A DNA stretch of 64,000 nt from Candidatus Hydrogenedentota bacterium. GTDB taxonomy: Bacteria; Hydrogenedentota; Hydrogenedentia; Hydrogenedentales; SLHB01. Under the pieces are notes generated by a model, which made no database searches, was not told the DNA's origin, and worked only from the letters and a program-made list of their open reading frames with translations. Numbering within the stretch: the stretch's first letter is position 1; every line of letters starts with the position of its first letter. The position numbers and the translations under genes were made by a program. Where the stretch lies: NCBI GenBank assembly GCA_963745075.1, contig CAVUWV010000001.1, positions 352,001 through 416,000 of the forward strand, written 5' to 3'. Positions 29,476-39,886 of the stretch are shown one piece after another.

Positions 29476-29950
29476 ATGGGGGAACGTATGGAGTACGACA
29501 CGTCGGTTGCGTTCCACGGGCCGGCCGGGGGAGCCATTGAAAAGGCGCGTTTGAGCGTCACGTCGAACGGCTTCAAACTGGGCCACGTCAGCGAGACGCA
29601 ACTGGTGGCGACCGGCCCGGGGATGCACAGCACGAAGCAGAGTCCGATACTGGGCGCAACGCGCATTACGATCACTGTTTCCGGAGGCTTTATCGACGTG
29701 CAGGCTGCACTTGGGGCGTCACGTTCATGCAACTGTTTGTGTTTCTCTTTCCTCCGGCTCTTGTGGGGATTCTGACCTTCAGCTTTTGCTTCAGGCCAGA
29801 AGTTCCGAAGCATATCTTACTCCTACCGCTTGCGCGACTTTTGCCATGGGCGGTTATATCGCCCTGATGGCCCGGGGCATCAAGAACCGGACGAGGGAGG
29901 CACTGGATGATTTCGCCCAGTACATTGCATTCGTTGGGTTGACGGATTAA
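29476..29950 (+). pseudogene. Membrane protein with two apparent 1-nt homopolymer deletions (~29713, ~29862)
   Basis: Adding one G and one C gives a continuous ...AALGGVTFMQLFVFLFPPALVG...LPWAVISPLMARGIKNRT... frame. Confidence 0.6.
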
Positions 29951-30432
29951 CCAGCGCATGCGGCAGTCCGCGGATACGCCGAACGTCAGGCAGCGGCCAA
30001 TGCGCTCTCCTTAGTGAAGTACCCCAGCGCCGGTTGAAAAGGGCCTTAGGCGTTAGCCTACTTGGCGGATTGGGTTGCGAGGAGATGGGGCTGACCTGGC
30101 CCTGAGTTTCTGCGAAAGGCGTCGATGTGCGGAAGGCTACCTCAGGAGGGTTGAGAATTCCAGACTAAACTTTCTTCCGCGGCCCATCCATGGTCAACCC
30201 AGAACCGTTGGGCGCCGTTTCGGAAGATTTCGGCTGGGATGGCGGTGCGTTGACATTTGGTCACACCGGACTATAGCCTTCGCTGCGCAACTCTTCGGTC
30301 AGGGTAGCAATCGTCGTATGACAGTGGATCGACTCTTTGGCGATTCATGATGGGAACACCGCATTCCGTCGCGGGAGAAGCAGGGGCGCCGCAGCGAGTG
30401 GGCGCGACCGTTACCGACGGGGAGGTTATGGG

Positions 30433-31458
30433 ATGTCGCGATATCTGGCCGGTTCTTGGCGGTCCGGAATCCGAGTGGCGTTGGTATCCGGCGTACTCGT
30501 TTTCATCGTCTGTGTCACGACGGGATGTCCAACCAGCCCACCTTATATCGAGATCAGCGAATCGCAGCACGTGTTCGGGCAGGATGAAAACCAGTGGGTG
30601 TTTCACGTTCGGAACAGTGGTGGGAGGGGGGCTATGTTCTTCCAGGTCGCCGCAACTGTTTCGTGGCTGGAGGTGCGGCCGGAGCGAGCGTTCAGCCTGG
30701 GTCCGAATGACCTGGTACCGGTTTGGGTTCACGTTCGCCGGTCTTCCATTCCGAAGGCTTCGGTACAAGCGCGGGTCGTCGTGTCATCTACGCAGGCGCC
30801 CTATGACAGCGCTGCAGCAGTTTATCTGGATACCGGAAGCTCGGACGAAGTCTTTGTGCGGGATTACTTCCCGTTGCGTAAGGGGGCTACGTGGCGGTAT
30901 TCGCCTTCGGGGCTGAAAGGATCGCCCGGCGAACCGTGGAGTGAGCTGCAAATACAACGGGTCTTCTACCGGGGCGGCATTCGTGTCGCGGAGGCGACCT
31001 ATCGTATTGCCGGCGAGGCCAAGGTTGCCGTCGTGTACATCGCGTTGATTTCTGAGATACCGGTGGTGGTGAGGAGTAACACGCGAGCAATTCAGTCGCT
31101 GCCAAATACCGAGCGATTTTGGGATCTTGCATTTGACGACGTTGTTCCGTCGTGGTTATTTACCGGCGTATATGAACCGGGGGTCGATCAACTGAACTCC
31201 AACACGACTCGGTACAGCACGGCGCCTTTGAACGATCTGACCCCCATTCATGTTGAAAGCGGCGACCTTGGACCCTACGAGTCCGGCGCGTTCGGGGTAG
31301 ACGGCGATACGCCCTGCCTCGCGACGCATACGCCGACGGGGCCTCCGTGGTCGGATGTGCGCTACTACGTCGATCTGTTAGGGCGTGGTATTGGCCCGTT
31401 GCTTGATCCTTTTGGCAATGGCGCGTTGATTTTCTTCGATCCGGGCGAAACACCGTAA
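30433..31458 (+). CDS. Hypothetical lipoprotein with N-terminal BACON/Ig-like domain
   Basis: RBS GGAGG; lipobox-like VTTGC-P; VRNSGG...WLEV.P; DYFPL..G.TW.Y. Confidence 0.7.
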   Translation: MSRYLAGSWRSGIRVALVSGVLVFIVCVTTGCPTSPPYIEISESQHVFGQDENQWVFHVRNSGGRGAMFFQVAATVSWLEVRPERAFSLGPNDLVPVWVHVRRSSIPKASVQARVVVSSTQAPYDSAAAVYLDTGSSDEVFVRDYFPLRKGATWRYSPSGLKGSPGEPWSELQIQRVFYRGGIRVAEATYRIAGEAKVAVVYIALISEIPVVVRSNTRAIQSLPNTERFWDLAFDDVVPSWLFTGVYEPGVDQLNSNTTRYSTAPLNDLTPIHVESGDLGPYESGAFGVDGDTPCLATHTPTGPPWSDVRYYVDLLGRGIGPLLDPFGNGALIFFDPGETP

Positions 31459-31645
31459 CCACGTTCTACGCGGGTGTGGGCTATCGGCATCTGCTGGAGC
31501 GGCGGAAACCACGGAATCTGGATCGTTCGCTCTCGGCGAAACCTTCACGACGATGTGAGAAGAATCTCGCGCAGCAAAGAGCCGGTTGGGCTGGTTCGCG
31601 TGCTCTTCCGGAATTCTTGCCCGGTTTTTGGAATCATTTCGTACA

Positions 31646-31674
31646 TTGCGCGTTTTCGTGCACGTCCCTATAAT
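31646..31674 (+). promoter_or_regulatory. sigma70-type promoter for the histidine kinase
   Basis: TTGCGC-N17-TATAAT. Confidence 0.6.
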
Positions 31675-31727
31675 CAGCGCCGGATCGGTTTTTCATTGAA
31701 CGATAGTGCTTCGGAACCATTGGATGT

Positions 31728-33563
31728 GTGCGTGCCATGGGCAGATGGCTTCTTCATAGTCTTCAGGGTAGGGTGCTGCTGACGCTGTTGGTGCTTGCGA
31801 TGGCGCCGTTGGGAATAGCGGCGTTTCAGGGGTACCACTGCGCCCGGCAAGCGGTAAACGATCTGGTGCAGAAACACTTGCTGTCGGTTGTGCGGACGCG
31901 GGAAGCCATGATCGAGGCGTGGTATGGTGAGCGGGTGAAGGACATCAAGACCGTGGCATCGTTGCCGGATGTGGTCAAGAAGGTTCTGAAGGCGGATTCG
32001 GCGGGGAAGAGCGAGTCCGACCCGGCGCTGGATACATTGCTCTCGGACATTGAACTTCAGGATTCGGCGTTCGAGAGTTTGTCCGTGTATACGCTTGACT
32101 GGCATCTGGTGGCCCGAGCGGAGTTTGGTGAGCACCGGAGCGAGGACCTTTTGACCAAGCGCCTCATGTCCGATCTCGAAGCCGCGGAAGGTGTTTTCCT
32201 TGAAGAAGTGCACATGCACCACGACGCAAACGCGGGCGCGCATATCGGCGACAGCATCCAGGACAAGGCGGGAACGGACATCGGATATCTGGTTGGCAAT
32301 CTGAACCTCACCAAGAGCATTGCGCCGTTGTTACAGGAGCGGAGCGGCTTGTGGAACACGGGGAAGGCTTACCTCACGAACGGTGATCTGGAAATCATTA
32401 CGGAGCCCTTTACGGAGGGCCGGCGGGTATCCTTCGAGAAAAAGGCTCCGACAGCGGTGGAAGCATGTATCGCGGGTGGAACTTCCCAGGTTCTCAGTTA
32501 CAAGGACTATCGCGGTCACGAGGTTCTTGGAACGGCGGTTCGCCTGCCGATCGACAATTGGGCGCTGGTGGCAGAGATCGACCGGTCGGAAGCGTTGAAA
32601 TGGCTGAACCGGCTGATCTTTCGGGCGTCGCTTACGGTTCTCGTCACCCTGATTGTCGTGGTGGCAGCTTCCATGTGGATGTCGTCCTTTCTGGGGCGTC
32701 CTCTCCGGCAGTTGGTGACCATTGCCAACCGGATACGGGGCGGCCAGACGAGTGAACGCGTGCAGCCGACGCAGATAGTCGAGGCCGACGAGGTTGGTAT
32801 GGCGTTCAATGAGATGCTGGATGAACTGCGAACCCAGCAGGACTTTGTGGCGCGAACGACGGCACTGGCGAGTATGGGCGAGATGACATCGAGTATCGTG
32901 CATGAAATGCGAAATCCGCTCTCGTCGGTGAAGATGAACCTTCAGGCTTTGTCGCGGTCGTTGGAACCTGGGAATCCGAACACGGAAGTGGCCGAGATCG
33001 CATCCAATCAGATTGCCCGCATCGAAAACATGCTGACGGATTTGCTGCAGTTCGGACGGCCGGTTTCGATCCAGAAGACGGAAGTATTTTTCGAGGACCT
33101 CGTTCAAGCATGCACTCGTATCGCAGGCGACACGATGCGCGAGAAGGAAATCCGGTGCGAGGCGGATTGTGCGTTGGACGAAAGCGTCCTTTTTGTCGAC
33201 GAGGAGCAGATGTGTCGCGCGTTGTCCAACCTCATCCTTAATGCGGTACAGGCATCGCCCGCGCAGTCCGAGGTTCGTGTCACGTTGCGGCCATCCCGTC
33301 GCGGGGAGCGTTTCGTGGACATCGACGTGGAGGACTCGGGTCCGGGTCTCACCGAGATGGCGCTGAAGAAAGTTTTTCAGCCGTTTTTCACAACCAAGCC
33401 GGGCGGGACCGGGCTTGGCCTCGCAAACGTGAAGAAGATCGTGGAGCTTCATGGTGGATCCGCTTCGGCCGAGAACGCGGAGCCGGGTGGTGCGGTGTTT
33501 CGTATCACCATTCCGCGCGCGGCCCATTCCGTCCAATTGGACGTGTTTCAGGTAAGGCAATAG
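31728..33563 (+). CDS. Sensor histidine kinase (Cache-like periplasmic domain, HAMP, HisKA, HATPase)
   Basis: Two TMs, VHEMRNPL H-box, NLILNAVQA, DSGPG, FFTTK..GTGLGL. Confidence 0.94.
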   Translation: MRAMGRWLLHSLQGRVLLTLLVLAMAPLGIAAFQGYHCARQAVNDLVQKHLLSVVRTREAMIEAWYGERVKDIKTVASLPDVVKKVLKADSAGKSESDPALDTLLSDIELQDSAFESLSVYTLDWHLVARAEFGEHRSEDLLTKRLMSDLEAAEGVFLEEVHMHHDANAGAHIGDSIQDKAGTDIGYLVGNLNLTKSIAPLLQERSGLWNTGKAYLTNGDLEIITEPFTEGRRVSFEKKAPTAVEACIAGGTSQVLSYKDYRGHEVLGTAVRLPIDNWALVAEIDRSEALKWLNRLIFRASLTVLVTLIVVVAASMWMSSFLGRPLRQLVTIANRIRGGQTSERVQPTQIVEADEVGMAFNEMLDELRTQQDFVARTTALASMGEMTSSIVHEMRNPLSSVKMNLQALSRSLEPGNPNTEVAEIASNQIARIENMLTDLLQFGRPVSIQKTEVFFEDLVQACTRIAGDTMREKEIRCEADCALDESVLFVDEEQMCRALSNLILNAVQASPAQSEVRVTLRPSRRGERFVDIDVEDSGPGLTEMALKKVFQPFFTTKPGGTGLGLANVKKIVELHGGSASAENAEPGGAVFRITIPRAAHSVQLDVFQVRQ

Positions 33564-33662
33564 CCACTGCGCTGGTCAGAATCTGTCCAGGGCGAGCGGT
33601 AAACCGAAGTTTGAAGGTGTATTATTTTTTATTAACATGACTGAGACTATGGATTTCGGAGG

Positions 33663-33678
33663 TGGCATGATCGTTGCG
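33663..33678 (+). promoter_or_regulatory. sigma54 -24/-12 promoter
   Basis: TGGCAT-GATCG-TTGC, preceded by an AT-rich tract at ~33618-33637. Confidence 0.65.
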
Positions 33679-33803
33679 TTGGCGGCACCAGAGTGCAGAA
33701 CGCCAGGCACGTGTTCCGGGCGTGAACAGGATTGGTGCTCGATATGCTTGCTCCAGCGTCAAACTTTTCGGTTGCGGAATGCAGGGAGCTGGGGACCCGA
33801 AGT

Positions 33804-35159
33804 ATGCGTATTCTGGTAATCGACGACGACTCGGGTCTTTGCCGATCCATGCAGATTCACTTGGAGCGGCAGGGCCATGCGGTTACGACGGCGCAAACGG
33901 CTCATGACGCACTCGAGCGGTTTAGTGCGGTGAATCCGGAAGTGACCTTCGTCGATCTGAATCTTCCCGACATCTCCGGTTTGGACATAATTAGAAAGCT
34001 TAAGGAGCAGGGAAGTGAGACGCTTGCCGTTATGATCACGGGTGAGCAGGACGCCAATGCGACTATCCAGGCCATTCGGCTGGGCGCGTTCGACTATATC
34101 CGCAAGCCCCTGGACCTCGATGCGATTCTCGTAACGCTGGAAAAGGCGGCCCAGGATTTGACGCGGCGGAAGGTCGAACCTTCCCTCGTGGCGGAAACGG
34201 GCGACGCACGAACGGAATTGGTTGGAGCCGATCCGTTGATTATTGACGTGCTCAAACAAGTTGCCGTTCTGAGCGACAGCCGGGTCCCGGTTCTGATCCA
34301 GGGCGAGAGCGGGACCGGCAAAGAGTTGGTGGCTCGCGCGCTTCACGATACTGCCGGTGCGGGCGCGCCTTTCGTGGCCGTCAATTGCTCGGCGGTGGTT
34401 CCGACGCTGCTGGAGAGCGAGCTGTTCGGCCATGAGAAGGGCGCGTTTACCGGGGCGGATGCAACAAAAGTGGGCAAATTGGAACATGCGGACGAGGGGA
34501 CGGTGTTTCTGGATGAGATAGGAGATATGTCTCTCGAACTGCAGGCGAAGCTGCTTCGCGCGTTGCAAGAGCGTGAGTTTGAACGCGTTGGGGGAACGCG
34601 CGCGATTCCGTTCCGGGCGCGCGTCGTGGCCGCTACCCATCGGGATTTGCAGGCGATGGTGGCAAAAGAAGAATTCCGTCAGGATTTGTACTACCGGTTG
34701 GCGGTATCGACGATCGACGTTCCGCCGTTGCGGGAACGCCGCGGCGATATTCCGTTGATCGTGAAACATCTGCTGGCCAAGAACGCGATCGAGCTGCACC
34801 GCAACGTCACGGGCATTGAGGAGACTGCCCTTCGCGCATTGCGAGCCTACGAATGGCCGGGGAACGTGCGAGAACTGTCGAACGTGCTGGTCCGGGCAAT
34901 CCTTCTTGCCCGTTCCGAAACGTTGTCGGCAGGGGAGATTCTTGCGGCCATGGGGCATGGCATCGAGCGGTTCGCGGATCCCAGCGACATTCGCCCGCTT
35001 CGCGAGGTTGAAAAGGACTATGTCGAAAAAGCCTTGAACGCGACGGGCTGGAACATTTCGCGCACGGCGGAACTTCTCGATATTTCGCGCGTGACGCTGC
35101 GCAAGAAGATCGCGGACTATGAAATCCACTCGCCGGCCGGCAAGAAGCGGCTGGTTTGA
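33804..35159 (+). CDS. sigma54-dependent response regulator (NtrC family)
   Basis: REC (VIDDD, FVDLNLPD), GESGTGKE, GAFTGA, FLDEIG, WPGNVREL, Fis-type HTH. Confidence 0.96.
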   Translation: MRILVIDDDSGLCRSMQIHLERQGHAVTTAQTAHDALERFSAVNPEVTFVDLNLPDISGLDIIRKLKEQGSETLAVMITGEQDANATIQAIRLGAFDYIRKPLDLDAILVTLEKAAQDLTRRKVEPSLVAETGDARTELVGADPLIIDVLKQVAVLSDSRVPVLIQGESGTGKELVARALHDTAGAGAPFVAVNCSAVVPTLLESELFGHEKGAFTGADATKVGKLEHADEGTVFLDEIGDMSLELQAKLLRALQEREFERVGGTRAIPFRARVVAATHRDLQAMVAKEEFRQDLYYRLAVSTIDVPPLRERRGDIPLIVKHLLAKNAIELHRNVTGIEETALRALRAYEWPGNVRELSNVLVRAILLARSETLSAGEILAAMGHGIERFADPSDIRPLREVEKDYVEKALNATGWNISRTAELLDISRVTLRKKIADYEIHSPAGKKRLV

Positions 35160-35272
35160 TTCAATCTAACCGAAATTTCGTCTGCAAGGCAGAAGAATTC
35201 TTTGTCAACGCCGATTCCGGCTTTCCCCTCCACGCCGGCCGACGCTGACCTCGTTAACAGGAGGTAGTCGTT

Positions 35273-35920
35273 ATGAAGAAGTTTATAGGCGCTCTAGTTG
35301 TCATTTGCATAGTGGTTGTTCTGGGGCTCGTCGTCTTCGTTTATTCCGGCGTGTACAACATTGCGGCGACATCGCACCACACCGCGCCGGTTTACTGGAT
35401 GGTGAACACGATGACGGATCGGTCGATCGAGTCGCACGCGCAGGGGATCACGGCGCCGAATCTCGAGGGCGACGATACGCTACGGCTGGGGCTGGAGCAT
35501 TACAACGAGATGTGCGTCACGTGTCACGGTGCGCCCGGAGTCTCACCCGCGGAACTTGCGAGCGGAATGTATCCGCTTCCGCCCATCCTCTCGGCGGAAC
35601 CGACGGACATGACGTCATCCGAACTCTATTGGGTCATCAAGAACGGCATCAAGATGACGGGCATGCCGGCCTTCGGACCGACCCACAGCGATGACAAGAT
35701 TTGGGCCATGGTGTCGGTGGTGGAGAAGTTGCCGCAGTGGAGCCCGGAGGAGTTCGCGCAGCAGGTGAAATCCGTCGGTTTGGAGATGCCCCAAACGGGC
35801 GATGAAGACGAATCCGCGGAGCACCATCACGACGAAACCGCGGAAGGGAATGCCGGTTCGGCGACTGCACGAGCAGGAAGCCGAGCACCCGGGAACCAGT
35901 CAAGGCAATGGGTAAAATGA
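35273..35920 (+). CDS. Membrane-anchored monoheme cytochrome c with His/acidic tail
   Basis: CVTCH, GIKMTGMPAF; tail EDESAEHHHDE. Confidence 0.9.
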   Translation: MKKFIGALVVICIVVVLGLVVFVYSGVYNIAATSHHTAPVYWMVNTMTDRSIESHAQGITAPNLEGDDTLRLGLEHYNEMCVTCHGAPGVSPAELASGMYPLPPILSAEPTDMTSSELYWVIKNGIKMTGMPAFGPTHSDDKIWAMVSVVEKLPQWSPEEFAQQVKSVGLEMPQTGDEDESAEHHHDETAEGNAGSATARAGSRAPGNQSRQWVK

Positions 35921-35926
35921 TTGTGA

Positions 35927-35962
35927 AAATCCCGTGCGAGTGTATGCTCTCGCACGGGATTT
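35927..35962. terminator. Bidirectional terminator hairpin
   Basis: AAATCCCGTGCGAG...CTCGCACGGGATTT perfect 14-bp stem between convergent genes. Confidence 0.75.
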
Positions 35963-36005
35963 GCGTCACGTAGGTCTTATTCCGGCGTAATCGTCCCGTC
36001 TTGTT

Positions 36006-36659
36006 CTATCGATTTCGGTTGTCGTCAATCATTTGGAGATACTTGGCCGGATTCTCTGCAACTTTCTTGATGCAACCTTTACAGCAGAGGCGAACGAGCC
36101 GGTTGCCGACCACGTACTCGATCGGTTCGCCCATGTCGCCGCCCAGCTTGTCTCCGGACACGACACAAGTATCCAGAGGGTAATTGCTCTTCTGCTTATC
36201 AATGACGGCTTGGTCCAAGGTTTTTCGGTACTCGGCCGGGTTCTTTTCGTACTTGGGTAGGCAGCCCTTGCAGCAGAAGCGGACCAGCGTGTTGCCGTCG
36301 ATGTAGTCGATCGGCTTGCCCATATCCGCGAGTTTTTCACCGCTGACCACGCAGGTATCCAGGGGGTAGTTGGGCGTTTGCGCAGCGATCAGTTTTGCCT
36401 CGATTTGTGCATCGTACTTCGCACGGTCGGCCTCATATTTCGCGGGACAGCCGCCGCAGCAGAACTTGATCTCTTTTCCGTCATAGACCTTTACTACCGG
36501 TTCGCCCATGGCGCCAAATGCCTCACCGGATACCGGGCACGTGGACAGCAAGTACGGCGTTGGCGCCGGGGATTCTGCGGCGGCGACACCCACCGATCCT
36601 CCGACGAAGGCAAGCCCGACGGCCATACGGGCGAGTAGTTTTGCTATAGAACGTTTCAT
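36006..36659 (-). CDS. Secreted protein with three YHS/TRASH-like Cys repeats
   Basis: Signal peptide; 3x Y.L.TC(P/V)VSG....MG.P......G.....CC.GC. Confidence 0.85.
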   Translation of the reverse strand: MKRSIAKLLARMAVGLAFVGGSVGVAAAESPAPTPYLLSTCPVSGEAFGAMGEPVVKVYDGKEIKFCCGGCPAKYEADRAKYDAQIEAKLIAAQTPNYPLDTCVVSGEKLADMGKPIDYIDGNTLVRFCCKGCLPKYEKNPAEYRKTLDQAVIDKQKSNYPLDTCVVSGDKLGGDMGEPIEYVVGNRLVRLCCKGCIKKVAENPAKYLQMIDDNRNR

Positions 36660-36726
36660 TTTTGGACCTCCACCTAGGGTTATGTTGACGCCGCAGTCGC
36701 ACGTCGGCGCTTAGCAGCATGTGGAG

Positions 36727-36742
36727 AGCAATCGCCGTGCCA
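36727..36742 (-). promoter_or_regulatory. sigma54 -24/-12 promoter
   Basis: Minus strand TGGCAC-GGCGA-TTGCT, consensus match. Confidence 0.8.
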
Positions 36743-37297
36743 GTAAGTGCAGGGTGCGCAAGGGGCGAAGCCAGGGCCGCGAAAGCATTTTTTCGGGGAT
36801 ACAGTGGTCACTTGAGCGTACCGAGTTCTCGAGCCACAAAGCGATGCAGGCTGGCGCGAATCCGTGCATTGCCGAGTGATTTCGGCATCGCGCGCATTTT
36901 CGTGCGGCCTCGAACTTGGTAGGAAGCATCGCGGTATTCAGCCGAAAGCCCAAGAAGGCTGAAAATAGGCCAAAATCGGTGCGGGAGAACTCGGTACTCT
37001 CAAGGTGGTCAGTATTGCGTCTTTCGATGGACAGAAGCTGATCACTTGGGAGGATCTAATCTGGTGGGGACTTTGCGTCAGAAAAACATGCTCAATTCGA
37101 CCGGGGTCGTACGCGATGACCCGTGCTGGCCGTCCGAATTGGCGATTTCGTTACGTCGGGCGAAGCAAACGGTTCTTTGTGTCCGAGGCCGTGGACTGGT
37201 TTGGGTTGGGGGCGGCGTAGTGGTAATGTAAATGGGCTGGGATCAATAGGTTGGCAATAGGTTTCTTTCGGCCGGGTTCAATTATCGCAGTAGTCAC

Positions 37298-37313
37298 TGG
37301 CATCGGACTTGCT
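37298..37313 (+). promoter_or_regulatory. sigma54 -24/-12 promoter for the cus-like operon
   Basis: TGGCAT-CGGAC-TTGCT. Confidence 0.75.
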
Positions 37314-37417
37314 TTGCGAAGACCCACAAGTACCCATTCACCCGGTACGTTATTCGAGTACGAAATGAGTGAAGTGCACGCATTACTGGCTCCACGGTCA
37401 CGAAGGCAGAAACCCTT

Positions 37418-39886
37418 ATGAGCAAAGATGGCATACGGACTCGATTCAAGCATATCTCTCGACGGGATCGATTTGCGCTGGCGATCGGGATTGTCGTGGT
37501 CATTCTTCTCGTCGGTATTGTCACCGGTTACTGGCTTGGGCATCGATCCGGTGAAGCGGCGCCTGGCAAAGGAACGGAAGCCGCTGCCGAAGGTCAGGCG
37601 AAGAAGACGCAATTCTGGACCTGCGCGATGCATCCTCAGATTCGCCAGCCGGAACCCGGAAACTGTCCGATCTGCGGGATGGAGTTAATCCCGGTCTCGA
37701 GTGAATCCGGATCGGAAATGGCGGGTCTTCGAGAATTCCGTGCGAGTGAAGACGCCAAGCAGTTGATGCATATCGAGACGAGTCCGGTCGAGCGCAAGTT
37801 TGTGACCAAAGACGTTCGCCTGGTGGGAAAGATCGATTACGACGAGACGCGGCTGAGCTATATCACGGCATGGATTCCGGGACGTTTCGATCGATTGTAT
37901 GTGGATTTTACGGGGATCGACGTTCGTAAGGGCGACCATATGGTTTCCCTGTATAGTCCCGAGTTACTGACCGCGCAGGAAGAACTCCGGCGGACGTTGG
38001 AAGCGCTGAAGAATATGCGGCCCGGCGCCCCCGAGGTGCTTCGGGAAACCGCCAAGGCAACGCTGGAGGCGGCCCGTGCGAAGTTGCGGCGATGGGGCCT
38101 TACCGACGAACAGATTGCGGACGCCGAAAAGAATGGGGTTTCTTCCGACCACGCGACGATCTACGCGCCGATCAGTGGCACGGTGATCGTTCGGAACGGC
38201 CAGGAAGGGATGTACGTGCAGGAAGGAACGCGGATCTACACGCTTGCGGACCTTTCGAGCGTGTGGGTCAAGCTGGACGCGTACGAATCCGATTTACCGT
38301 GGCTGCACTATGGGCAGCGCGTTTCGTTTACGACGGAAGCGTATCCCGGCGAGGAGTTCGACGGCCGGATTTCGTTTATCGAGCCGGTACTCGATGCGAC
38401 GACGCGGACGGTCAAGGTGCGGGTGAATGTTGCGAATCCGGACGGACGATTGAAACCGGAGATGTTTGTGCGTTCGGAAGTTCGAGCGCAGGTGGCGACG
38501 GGCGGACGCGTCATGGACCCGAGTCTGGCGGGCAAGTGGATCTGCCCGATGCATCCGGAGGTGATTGAAGACAAACCGGGTACGTGCGAGATTTGCGGCA
38601 TGCAGCTTGTCAAAGCCAAAGATCTGGGCTACGTGTCCGCGCAGCCGAATGACGAAGATATGCCCTTGGTCATTCCTGCGTCGGCGGCGCTGGTTACCGG
38701 GACGCGCGCGATTGTCTACGTGGAGAAGCCGGACACCGAAGTGCCCACCTACGATGGTCGTCAGATCGTTCTGGGTCCGAGGGCGGGAGACTATTACCTC
38801 GTTCGGGCAGGTTTGGAGGAAGGCGAGCGCGTGGTGACGCGGGGCAACTTCAAGATCGACAGCGCGCTGCAGATTCTGGCGAAGCCGAGCATGATGACGC
38901 CGGAAGGGGGCGGCGGTGGCGGCATGCACATGGCCGGTATGGGCTCGGAGGCGAAAGGGGAGAGCACGGTCGCGATGAGAATCGATCCACGCACGGTGGA
39001 GCAGATTACGGCGCTCGAAGCGGCCGAGACGGTGTTGTCCGAGGCTGTGGCGGCGGACGACCACTCCGCGATTCCCGATGCCATTGAAGGCGTCAAGAGG
39101 GCGTTAAACGAGGTGGACATGTCGCTCCTGGCCGGCCACGAGCATTTGGTCTGGATGGAATACTCGATGCGCTTGCACAACGACTTGGTCGAGATGGAAG
39201 GGACCAATACCCACGACGACTTGGCCAATCTGGTCAAGACGATGGCGCATAATCTTTCGCAATTGCGCGACAAGCTTGGTATCCATGCGCCGGTCAAAGA
39301 GCCCTTTAACGCGCCGAAATTCGCGGTGCCGGATGCGTTCAAAAAACAACTCGGTGCGGTAAGTGATGCCTATTTGGGGATTACGTCCGCGCTGGCTAAC
39401 GACGACGAGAAGGCGGCACACACGGCTGTGGAGGAGACCTTGCAGGCCTTGGGCGCGGTATCTGCCAAGAACCTTGAAGGAAAGGCGGCTGATGCCTGGG
39501 TGGAACAGTCCACGGAACTGGACCAGTGGCTGAAGGCGATGCGGGACGCAAAGGACATCGACGGAATACGGTCGACGTTGGACGCGCTGACGGATTCGCT
39601 CGCCGATACGCTGGAGCTTTTTGATGAGACTCCCGAGCCGCCGATCTATGAAGTGCATTGCCCGATGGCGATGGAGGGTGAAGGCGGCAATTGGCTCCAG
39701 CGCGGCGCCGAAGTGCACAACCCTTACTTTGGACATATCATGCCTACCTGCGGAACGGTCTTGCGGAAAGTGGGCGTGCATGATACCGACGACGGGGCAA
39801 CGCCCACGCCGGCTCCCGGAGATAGAATACAAGCTGCACCGATGACGGATACCGATGCCCATGCGGGAGCGATGTCTCATGAGTGA
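37418..39886 (+). CDS. cusB: CusB-like RND periplasmic adaptor with two heavy-metal-binding motifs and DUF3347-like C-terminus
   Basis: WTCAMHPQI...CPICGM, WICPMHPEV...CEICGM, LYSPELLTAQEE, LKPEMF, HCPMA...W......NPYFG..M..CG. Confidence 0.88.
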   Translation: MSKDGIRTRFKHISRRDRFALAIGIVVVILLVGIVTGYWLGHRSGEAAPGKGTEAAAEGQAKKTQFWTCAMHPQIRQPEPGNCPICGMELIPVSSESGSEMAGLREFRASEDAKQLMHIETSPVERKFVTKDVRLVGKIDYDETRLSYITAWIPGRFDRLYVDFTGIDVRKGDHMVSLYSPELLTAQEELRRTLEALKNMRPGAPEVLRETAKATLEAARAKLRRWGLTDEQIADAEKNGVSSDHATIYAPISGTVIVRNGQEGMYVQEGTRIYTLADLSSVWVKLDAYESDLPWLHYGQRVSFTTEAYPGEEFDGRISFIEPVLDATTRTVKVRVNVANPDGRLKPEMFVRSEVRAQVATGGRVMDPSLAGKWICPMHPEVIEDKPGTCEICGMQLVKAKDLGYVSAQPNDEDMPLVIPASAALVTGTRAIVYVEKPDTEVPTYDGRQIVLGPRAGDYYLVRAGLEEGERVVTRGNFKIDSALQILAKPSMMTPEGGGGGGMHMAGMGSEAKGESTVAMRIDPRTVEQITALEAAETVLSEAVAADDHSAIPDAIEGVKRALNEVDMSLLAGHEHLVWMEYSMRLHNDLVEMEGTNTHDDLANLVKTMAHNLSQLRDKLGIHAPVKEPFNAPKFAVPDAFKKQLGAVSDAYLGITSALANDDEKAAHTAVEETLQALGAVSAKNLEGKAADAWVEQSTELDQWLKAMRDAKDIDGIRSTLDALTDSLADTLELFDETPEPPIYEVHCPMAMEGEGGNWLQRGAEVHNPYFGHIMPTCGTVLRKVGVHDTDDGATPTPAPGDRIQAAPMTDTDAHAGAMSHE

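Noticed and set aside
33733..33748. Second sigma54-like site TGGTGCTCGATATGCT
   Set aside because: GG-N10-GC spacing holds but the match is poor compared with the site at 33663.
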